This document shows, piece after piece, positions 7,080 through 14,538 of a stretch of DNA of 64,000 nt. The DNA is from Arenimonas sp. (GTDB lineage Bacteria; Pseudomonadota; Gammaproteobacteria; Xanthomonadales; Xanthomonadaceae): positions 60,703-124,702 of the forward strand of contig JAYSQD010000111.1 of assembly GCA_043721835.1 (NCBI GenBank). The letters are read 5' to 3'. The notes below the pieces were generated by a model. It did not search any database. It saw nothing but the letters and a program-made list of their open reading frames with translations, and was not told the origin of the DNA. Position numbers and translations under genes: made by a program. Positions within the stretch are counted from its first letter, which is position 1. The number at the start of each line of letters is the position of its first letter.

Positions 7080-9929
7080 ATGAATAAATTAAATACAAAC
7101 AAGAATGAAAATTCGAGCACGGCGGCTATTAGAAAGCCTTTAGCGACACGTCACTTGGGAGGAAGCAATCTAAATAGTCAGCCTGTTAGCAGCCAATGCG
7201 CTTGCGGTGGCAGCTGCCCTGCTTGCCAAAAAAAATTAAATGACATCAATATTTCACAACCTGCCGATGCAGCAGAAATGGAAGCCGACCAGATTGCCGA
7301 TAAAGTTATGCGAATACCTGCGGGAAAAACTACAGCCGTGGAAAGCAGAAAAAAATCTCCTGGTGCTATCCTACGCAAATGCAGTACCTGCGAAGATGAC
7401 GAAAAAAAGATTCACAGAAAACCGGTTTCTACCGGCGGCGCTGTGCCATCGCAAAGCGCAGCACATGTCAGCAATGCCATGAGTTCTGGCGGTCATCCGC
7501 TAGATAGCGAAACCCGCAATTTCTTCGAACCACGCATGGGTCGCGATTTTGGCAATGTCCGTGTTCATAGCGATTCAAGCGCCAATCATTCCGCTCGAGC
7601 GATTGATGCAAAAGCCTATGCGCTGGGCAACAATATCGTATTCGGCCAAAATCAATACAAGCCGGATTCTGACAGTGGCAAACATTTACTGGCACATGAA
7701 TTGGCGCATGTAGTTCAATCAGACAATTCTTCTGCGACTATTAACAGGCAAATGATTTATCGACAGCCTGCAAACGGTAGCACAGGTGATTTGGCAGTTA
7801 TCGATTACGAAATCCAGATGCTGAACGAAATGCCGGTAATGGACCCATTGGCCGCTGCCGCCGTGAATATGCAGCTGATCCAACTTCTTAAACGACGCGA
7901 CGAATTGTTGCGAGAGGGCGCGGGCACTTATGCGATAGCGCCCACAAAGCCAAAAACGGCAGTGAAGAAACCCGCTACCGGAAATGTCAATGACGATTTA
8001 TTTGCATCGCTGGACGACATGACACAACTTGAACAGGACCGGATGCATCAACAAATGCAAGACTTCAATACCATGGCCAAAGGCGGCTTGGGAAACCAGA
8101 ACTTCCAGTTCAAGCCGGTGCAGAAGCCACAGGTTGCGCAGAGCGGCTGCCATGTTGATCCTTACGTCCGATCGACGGGCGCAAGTACGTGCGGATTCAA
8201 ACGACCCGATGATGCAACCCGCGCGACACAAAAAGCGATGCAAATGCCCGCTCCTGATTTCAGTGCGGAAAACGCGAAAGAACGGGCGATGCTGGATCGT
8301 CTCAACTCGGCACATCTGACATGGAAAAGAACGGGTAAATTCACCAGCAGTAGCGAGTTCAGTCCCTACGAAATCGAAAAAGACAGGATCATTGTCCTTT
8401 ACAAGCGCTGGGACCTGTTTGAAAAAAGCGATCCGGATAAGGACGTCATAAAAAATCCGCTTGAATACTATTTCCGCCACGGGGGCGAATACATCAAGGA
8501 AAAAGAACGCCGCATATCGATGAAGCCATTCAAGGACAGGCTATATGCGGCCAGACAAAAAGCACGCTCCCGGTCAGACTATTGGTACTCGGCACACGAA
8601 GCCAATGAAAAAATGACTGGAGAGGAGGTCTGGCACGCAGGCTACTACGGCAGTCTTTTCATCGAAAGCGAGAAGGCACGCGTTTACAAGGAACAAGGTG
8701 CGCTACAAGAGCTTGAGCGCGAAGAGCGTGAAGAACGCCAGGCTCAAGACAGGCGCAATTTCGAGATCCAAAAAGAAAACAACTGGGAAGCACAGGGAGA
8801 TCAGCTTTCATCGCCTGCTACCATTCTTCAACCGTTTGCCATGGCCGTATTGGGAGCGCCTATTGCCGGCATTTATACCGGCATGCAGATGGGAATGATG
8901 GGTAACGAGGCCTACCAAGCCTGCAAGGATGGTTTTAGCTTTGATTGTGCCTTGTCTGCGGCTCCCATCGTCGCGACCGTCGTCATCCACCAAGTCACCA
9001 AACCTTCGGTAACGGCAAGACCTTCACTACCGAAATTGGCAACTGCTGCACCGACCATTATTGAACCCATCGTGAAACCCGGCATTGCCGAGCCCGTCCT
9101 GACATCGACAATCACAGAACCTGCAGTCAAACCTTCAGTGACTCCACCTGCTGTCAAACCGGTAGCGACAGAACCTGCCATCAAGCCCTCGACCACTGAA
9201 CCCGCTATCAAACCCGCAGAGACTCAAGCTACTGTCAAACCGGCAACAACAAAACCTCCGGTCAACCCAAGACAGGCGATGGAAGAGGCAAAGCTGGCCA
9301 ACGAAAAACGCATCGCCGAACTTGACGACAAGATTCGAAAACACCAGACAAATCAAAAAGACTATAACGACAAAGCGACTCGTATCGAGGCTGAACGGAA
9401 AACTTCGGATTTCCGCGAAAAGGCTGCCAATGCAAAAAGACAGGCTCGCAATGAAAAAAGACTCGCCGATGAAGCTGCCGCAGAACGTCAAAACCTTCGT
9501 TCACACAATGACATAATCGACAAGACACTAAATCCACCACCGCCCCGCCAGATTGGACCGGGACCTGGCAAAGCCCGTGGCGGCGCACACAGCGCACTAG
9601 AGGTCGCCGGTGGCGAGAGAAACCATATCCCGGCAGACGATTCCACCAAAATCCCTACCGGCAAAGGACCGGCCATCTGGATGGAAATAGAAGATCACAA
9701 GCAACTCAATAGTTCGGGCCAGCGCAATTTCAAGCCGACAGGAAAGTATCACATCTCCTCGGCTTCCGAATGGCGTGCAATGCAAAAGGATTTGATAAAG
9801 CAAGGCAAGTATATGGAAGCAATAAAAATGGATATTGACGACATCCGATCAAAATTTGGGTCGAAGTATGATGTCGGTATCCAGGAAATGCTGGAATATG
9901 TCAAAACGCTCAGACCTGGCGAATTCTGA
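7080..9929 (+). CDS. DUF4157 head protein with a helical region, a TM segment, a 9-aa repeat linker, a coiled coil and a small HNH-like C-terminal domain (P3)
   Basis: 949-aa ORF with CACGGSCPAC at 7197-7226 and the DUF4157 core GHPLDSETRNFFEPRMGRDFGNVRVHSD...AYALGNNIVFGQNQYKP...LLAHELAHVVQ (HELAH at 7695-7709). The hydrophobic stretch is LQPFAMAVLGAPIAGIYTGMQMGMMG...AAPIVATVVI. The C-terminal ~118 aa (9573-9926) contain ERNHIPADDS...GPAIWMEIEDHKQLNSSG. The head call is firm; the HNH-like call for the tip is tentative. Confidence 0.85.
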   Translation: MNKLNTNKNENSSTAAIRKPLATRHLGGSNLNSQPVSSQCACGGSCPACQKKLNDINISQPADAAEMEADQIADKVMRIPAGKTTAVESRKKSPGAILRKCSTCEDDEKKIHRKPVSTGGAVPSQSAAHVSNAMSSGGHPLDSETRNFFEPRMGRDFGNVRVHSDSSANHSARAIDAKAYALGNNIVFGQNQYKPDSDSGKHLLAHELAHVVQSDNSSATINRQMIYRQPANGSTGDLAVIDYEIQMLNEMPVMDPLAAAAVNMQLIQLLKRRDELLREGAGTYAIAPTKPKTAVKKPATGNVNDDLFASLDDMTQLEQDRMHQQMQDFNTMAKGGLGNQNFQFKPVQKPQVAQSGCHVDPYVRSTGASTCGFKRPDDATRATQKAMQMPAPDFSAENAKERAMLDRLNSAHLTWKRTGKFTSSSEFSPYEIEKDRIIVLYKRWDLFEKSDPDKDVIKNPLEYYFRHGGEYIKEKERRISMKPFKDRLYAARQKARSRSDYWYSAHEANEKMTGEEVWHAGYYGSLFIESEKARVYKEQGALQELEREEREERQAQDRRNFEIQKENNWEAQGDQLSSPATILQPFAMAVLGAPIAGIYTGMQMGMMGNEAYQACKDGFSFDCALSAAPIVATVVIHQVTKPSVTARPSLPKLATAAPTIIEPIVKPGIAEPVLTSTITEPAVKPSVTPPAVKPVATEPAIKPSTTEPAIKPAETQATVKPATTKPPVNPRQAMEEAKLANEKRIAELDDKIRKHQTNQKDYNDKATRIEAERKTSDFREKAANAKRQARNEKRLADEAAAERQNLRSHNDIIDKTLNPPPPRQIGPGPGKARGGAHSALEVAGGERNHIPADDSTKIPTGKGPAIWMEIEDHKQLNSSGQRNFKPTGKYHISSASEWRAMQKDLIKQGKYMEAIKMDIDDIRSKFGSKYDVGIQEMLEYVKTLRPGEF
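9114..9275 (+). repeat. Coding tandem repeat, 6 x 27 bp (T-E-P-A-[IV]-K-P-x-x) inside P3
   Basis: Units run 9114-9140, 9141-9167, 9168-9194, 9195-9221, 9222-9248 and 9249-9275. They were read in frame as TEPAVKPSV, TPPAVKPVA, TEPAIKPST, TEPAIKPAE, TQATVKPAT and TKPPVNPRQ. Confidence 0.9.
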
Positions 9930-9945
9930 ACATGGGAGATAGTCA

Positions 9946-10365
9946 ATGAATTACCCGATCAAACCCTATTCCGGAGTCGGACAAATCAATTTCCGGATGA
10001 CGATTGCCGAAGTTCGAAAAACACTTGATAGCGAACTTGGAAATTCATTGAAGCCAGGCAAAGATATGCCTTCGGATTTTTTCAAATCGCTCGGTATCTT
10101 CGTGGATTACCGCTCGCCAGGCATTTGCCAGGCCGTGGAATTCACTGGCCCCGCCAGCCCGACCTTCGAGGGCCGCGAGTTGATTGGAGAGCCGTTTGGC
10201 AACATCGCAGCCTGGATAAAAACATTGGATCATCATGTTCTTCTGGATGGCGCAGGGCTCAAAAGCATGAAATACGGTTTCGGCCTATACGCACCGTCGG
10301 CGGAAAAAAATCCGGAGCTACCCGTCAAGGCAGTCCTTATTTTTGACCGCGGTTACTTTGAATAA
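9946..10365 (+). CDS. Small cytoplasmic protein directly downstream of P3; candidate cognate immunity protein
   Basis: 139-aa ORF starting 17 nt after the P3 stop on the same strand, with no signal peptide and no motif I can name. The assignment is purely positional, from the toxin-immunity gene order. Confidence 0.45.
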   Translation: MNYPIKPYSGVGQINFRMTIAEVRKTLDSELGNSLKPGKDMPSDFFKSLGIFVDYRSPGICQAVEFTGPASPTFEGRELIGEPFGNIAAWIKTLDHHVLLDGAGLKSMKYGFGLYAPSAEKNPELPVKAVLIFDRGYFE

Positions 10366-10403
10366 CGAATTGCTGATATCGAATGATCATTTGAAAATAA
10401 TGA

Positions 10404-10645
10404 TCAAGTCGACAAATGCGACAGTTGGGTCGCATTGTCTTCCCAGTTTTGTCCATCAAAAGCTTCCACGGTCATATTCATAACGGTTCCCGCATCCAAG
10501 CAACGGGCATTCACATCCACACCATCGGGATTGCTGCGGGGAATGTAAAAACTTTTGATGCCGCAAACTTTACAAAAAACTATGTTTGGCAACGTCCGTG
10601 TTGAAAGTGTATTCGCTCAAAATTCATGCCCGCTAATCAATTGTA
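10404..10645 (-). pseudogene. Decayed 3' fragment of a GFA/CENP-V family gene (partial duplicate of 13400..13804)
   Basis: The 62-aa ORF 10404..10592 (FCKVCGIKSFYIPRSNPDGVDVNARCLDAGTV.NMTVEAFDGQNWEDNA) aligns with the C-terminal half of the intact 134-aa protein at 13400..13804. Nucleotide similarity continues to ~10645 with frame-breaking indels, and the N-terminal Cys-rich half is missing. Confidence 0.8.
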
Positions 10646-10695
10646 GGTGGCGGCAATGGCAAGCACCGCGATGAATAACAATATCGGAAACTTGC

Positions 10696-11694
10696 ATGGA
10701 TCAATATCCCATTTTATCTTTGCCTTTGTTTTCATGCTTTTCTTTTTTTTCTTTAAGGGCCGGTGCTACACCATATCGATACATGCCGCTGCCCGTGTCT
10801 AATACAATACTGAAATCAATTGCTGCGCCAATGACTAAACCAACTTCGACTCCAGCAGCAACTTCAACGCCTATACCTGTCCAAACAACGAAACCAAATC
10901 CAACATCTACTATTGATTCGGCAAAGCCAGCTTCACCCGACCCTGCGGTCGGATCAAAGCCAGCTACTCCCGTCATAACAACCAAGCCAGCGATTGGTCA
11001 GGGACAGCGACGCTTTGTAAATATTCAAACACCCGATCGGCAAATAACGCCCGCCTTTATTACACCTCCGCAGGACGTATCTGCGATCAGGTAGAGAATC
11101 GAAACCCTCGCCGACAAACCGGTGATAGTTGGAGTGCAGGCGAAGATAAACGTCGGCACCGAAAATGTTTTAACCGGACTCACGCATGCTGGGTTCACGA
11201 AAATGGATAATACGCGTGCCCAAGCACTGGGTGGAATCGGCGAAGCGGCGATGCTGCCACAAGTAACACAGCCGCCCGGAACACCGGCGAAAGCAGGCAA
11301 CCAGCCTTCCACCGGAATGATCGTCCGCCCTTTGGGACAGTCGGCACAATTGGAGGTCTTAGCCTGGAATACCGGCGCTCCCAGAAGTGACAACAAACCC
11401 TCGCATGCCGAAAGGCAATTCATAGAATGGTTTCATGGCCAAAGCCTGAAATGGAAAGAAAATGTTACCAGCGTTGATGTGCTCGTTTTCGGGCGCAACA
11501 TTTGCCCGAATTGCGATGCTGATCTCAAATGGTTGGAAGACAATAATCCGCATATCAAATTTAGTTGGATACGGGGCGACAAGTATCACCTGAAATCAAT
11601 GCACATTGCCCTTGTACAACGAACACTGCCAGAAGCTAGCGAAACATATCACCCACCAACAATGCTAACGAAACTGGCAATGAAACTACACTAG
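10696..11694 (+). pseudogene. Head-less (orphan) toxin cassette: P/T/K-rich linker plus zinc deaminase-like domain, split by one in-frame TAG
   Basis: ORFs 10696..11094 and 11122..11694 share a frame, separated only by TAG at 11092-11094 and 27 stop-free nt. The downstream part carries SHAERQFIEW (HAE at 11404-11412) and, 30 residues later, ICPNC (11503-11514), which is the H-x-E...C-x-x-C deaminase zinc signature. The 190-aa ORF could still be expressed from GTG 11122 or ATG 11203. Confidence 0.6.
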
Positions 11695-11708
11695 ATTAAT
11701 TGAAAAAG

Positions 11709-13301
11709 TCATCGTAATTTTTTATCACATTCCAGATTCTCGAACTTGGGAAGATGCTCAATAATTCCATGTACAGCATCCGGATTAGTTTTTGGATAAT
11801 ATTTAAGAACTTCGTTTTTCCAGTTGACAAGGTAGTAGTTGATCTTCGATTCATCTGCCTTGTCTTTATCGAATTCCGACAAATCCAGATTGGGGTCACC
11901 GTCGGCATAGACATGGCTCGTGTCATGTGGATGCGAATGATAAAAGCCTACCAGTTTTTCATCGGGAGTCTCTTGTTTTACAATCTGTCCACATTCATTG
12001 AGTTTGCCGGAAACCGGACCGGTAATTCGATAGCTTCCATCCGACCTAGCGATAATGTTGCCGCAAAATTCAAGGCCCTTGTTGACGATACCGCAACGAG
12101 CCTGTCTCAGCTTAGGCATTACCTGGTCATCCATCGCGTTCAGTGTCGGCGGCTTTTTCTTAGGTGTCGGTGGAGTACCAGCTAAAGAATCAATGACGTC
12201 TTTATTAATGTCATATAGTTCCCATGACGGCATCTTGTCTTTTGCTTCAAACGCAACAATGGCCGTGAAAACATAATAGCGATAATTTTCTATAAGTTTT
12301 TTTTGCAAGTCAGGATCGCTGTTCAAGCTTTTGCTTGTGCGATCACGAGCTTCAAGGAACCATTTGCGCATGACAATTAAGTCATCGCGCAAACTATTGG
12401 GGAAGCGTTCTGGATGTGACAATAGTTCACCGCTACTGTATTGCCAGCCGCTGAAAGACAGCAACCAAATCACTCCCTCTACAAAACTCTTGGCATCTTT
12501 TTCGTTGGGATCAAGCTTATTGATTTTTTCTTCATTACTTTTGGCACCAGCGTTCTCATGACCAACTTCCGCTTCAGGCTGACGCTGCAAAGTCGCAGAA
12601 CCCTGGCTCATAGGCATTTGCGGGCGCAGCCGTGGAGTATCTTGTGGATCGAAAGCAGACTGCTGCACCACATGCGTCAACTCATGCGCCAGCAATCGCT
12701 TGCCTTGATTCGTTGTTGGTGTGTACTGGCCTGCACCAAATACAATATTATTTCCAACCGTATAAGCATTGGCACTTACATCGCGGGCCGATTGTTCTGC
12801 GGCGGCTCCGGAATGCACTCGCACAGCTGAAAAATCATTACCAAAGCGCTGTCCCATATCATGTTGTATGGAAGCTTCAAGCGGCTTACCCGAACCTGCA
12901 AGCACGTGGTCTACGCTTGCGGGTGCTGCATTATTCGATGCTTCCGCAGCATGTGCTGTGAAGCGCTGAATACGTGGCGCCGAGTTGCTCACTGCCGAAT
13001 GCGTAGATGTCGCCATGATCTGATCTGCTACTCGATCGGCCTCTTGCTCTAAGGGATCATTACTTGCACCAATGCTAAGTTTTTTTTGTAGCTTGCTTGT
13101 GTCGTCTGATTCGGAACCTGCTTGGCAACGGGCGCAGCCGCCACCACAGGCACAGCTAGACTTGCGTTGAATTTGCATCGAGCGAGCCGAGCGATTTGCT
13201 GTTTTTTTTTGATGAGCAGACATCAACCCTGATTCTCTCGAAGAACTGGCTAACATTGCAATCACTTCACTTCTCCTACTCGGCAGAGCGCACCACTTCA
13301 A
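11709..13301 (-). CDS. DUF4157 head protein with a DUF4329/JAB-like C-terminal domain (P4)
   Basis: The longest ORF is 530 aa, and the likelier starts are ATG 13256 or 13223. It has CACGGGCARC and the DUF4157 core GKPLEASIQHDMGQRFGNDFSAVRVHSG...AYTVGNNIVFGAGQYTP...LLAHELTHVVQQ (HELTH at 12672-12686). The C-terminus reads EFCGNIIARSDGSYRITGPVSG...VGFYHSHPHD...LSEFD...INYYLVNWKNEVLKYY (motifs at 11868-11939), which matches the pattern I associate with DUF4329. Confidence 0.8.
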   Translation of the reverse strand: MKWCALPSRRSEVIAMLASSSRESGLMSAHQKKTANRSARSMQIQRKSSCACGGGCARCQAGSESDDTSKLQKKLSIGASNDPLEQEADRVADQIMATSTHSAVSNSAPRIQRFTAHAAEASNNAAPASVDHVLAGSGKPLEASIQHDMGQRFGNDFSAVRVHSGAAAEQSARDVSANAYTVGNNIVFGAGQYTPTTNQGKRLLAHELTHVVQQSAFDPQDTPRLRPQMPMSQGSATLQRQPEAEVGHENAGAKSNEEKINKLDPNEKDAKSFVEGVIWLLSFSGWQYSSGELLSHPERFPNSLRDDLIVMRKWFLEARDRTSKSLNSDPDLQKKLIENYRYYVFTAIVAFEAKDKMPSWELYDINKDVIDSLAGTPPTPKKKPPTLNAMDDQVMPKLRQARCGIVNKGLEFCGNIIARSDGSYRITGPVSGKLNECGQIVKQETPDEKLVGFYHSHPHDTSHVYADGDPNLDLSEFDKDKADESKINYYLVNWKNEVLKYYPKTNPDAVHGIIEHLPKFENLECDKKLR

Positions 13302-13399
13302 GGGATGCCTTTAGAAAATAGAACGCAAAATAATGCCATCTGTGGACAACAAACTTTTTATGAATCAGCTATTTCAATGGAAACGGTGCTGGGCTCCAT

Positions 13400-13804
13400 C
13401 TAGCCTTTGGAAAGATGTGCCAATTTCGCCGCATTGTCTTCCCAATTCTGCCCATCAAACGCCTCAACCGTCATTTTCGTGACCGTTCCGGGTTCCAAGC
13501 AACGGGCGTTGACATCAACACCATCGGGATTACTGCGCGGGGTGTAAAAACTTTTTATGCCACAGACTTTACAGAAAATATGTTTGGCGACACCGGTATT
13601 GAAGGTGTATTCGGTCAAAAATTCATGACCGCTAGTCAGTCGAAATGCCGGGCGTGGCACGATCAAATGTAAAAATCCGGTCAGGCTACATAATGAGCAA
13701 TTGCAGTCTTGCACGGTGATATTGGCAGGTGCATCGACCTCAAAAACAACGCGGCGACAATGACAGCCGCCGCGATGAGTAGTCCAGTCAGAGCCTTGAA
13801 TCAT
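13400..13804 (-). CDS. GFA (glutathione-dependent formaldehyde-activating enzyme)/CENP-V family protein
   Basis: 134 aa with the Cys-rich zinc motifs GGCHCRRV...CNCSLC...FCKVCG typical of the family. Confidence 0.8.
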   Translation of the reverse strand: MIQGSDWTTHRGGCHCRRVVFEVDAPANITVQDCNCSLCSLTGFLHLIVPRPAFRLTSGHEFLTEYTFNTGVAKHIFCKVCGIKSFYTPRSNPDGVDVNARCLEPGTVTKMTVEAFDGQNWEDNAAKLAHLSKG

Positions 13805-14379
13805 TAGTGGCCTTTACCGTTCTTTTCCTTGCCTTTAGCAGGCTTGCCCATGTCTTTCGATTTGCCGCCTTTATTTGAATTTCCAGGGCCGTGGTCGTTG
13901 CCGCCATGCATATTTGAGCCCTTATCTTTGCCATGTCCTTTGGTCTTGAACTTGCCGTTTGATTTACCAACCTTGCCCTTTAAGGCATGAAAAGCTTCCG
14001 AGCCAGGTTTGATGCCCATGCGTTTAGCAATAACGCCCCAGCCTTGTCCATGATTTTTATCGTAATCGCGCAACACATTTTGGCAGGGTACGCGAAGCTG
14101 ATAAGCCAACGCGCAGCCGTAGTAAACGTCACCAGGTGCCCAGCGGCGGTCAACAATATATTCGTTTACCACGTAACGCGGTGCACCGAAGCTATTGACT
14201 ACATCATCAATGAAATAATTGCGGTCATCACGCTCATATCGGTTCATATCACTGAGCTGTGCGTCCATCCAGACATCGCCAGTGCGGGGATTGAAACCGA
14301 ATATATAATTATCAACTTGGGCCTGGGCATTGAAACTGAAAGCCAAGCCCAATGCGAGTAATAAATTGCGAAAATTCAT
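13804..14379 (-). CDS. Secreted hypothetical protein with a Lys/Gly/His-rich tail
   Basis: 191 aa with the signal peptide MNFRNLLLALGLAFSFNAQAQ and the C-terminal low-complexity stretch GKSNGKFKTKGHGKDKGS...KGKEKNGKGH. Its stop overlaps the gfa start (TAATG at 13802-13806). Confidence 0.6.
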   Translation of the reverse strand: MNFRNLLLALGLAFSFNAQAQVDNYIFGFNPRTGDVWMDAQLSDMNRYERDDRNYFIDDVVNSFGAPRYVVNEYIVDRRWAPGDVYYGCALAYQLRVPCQNVLRDYDKNHGQGWGVIAKRMGIKPGSEAFHALKGKVGKSNGKFKTKGHGKDKGSNMHGGNDHGPGNSNKGGKSKDMGKPAKGKEKNGKGH

Positions 14380-14538
14380 AAGAACAACTCCTGTTTCAGG
14401 GACGACCAGTTTGAACTTAGCGAATGAATACCCGATGAAGTTCTGCCGTGGCGCGATTTAATAGCTGCTTGTGGTTCAGTTTAACCCCTCTTTTATCAAT
14501 GGCACGTTAATGCACTTATCCAACGCAGGAGGTGTGCC

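Noticed and set aside
10701-10985. Gly/Val/Ala-rich 94-aa ORF on the minus strand opposite the P/T-rich linker
   Set aside because: It is the complementary reading of a low-complexity P/T/K-coding stretch. The plus frame continues in phase, across one TAG, into a bona fide deaminase-like domain, so the plus strand is the more likely original coding strand.
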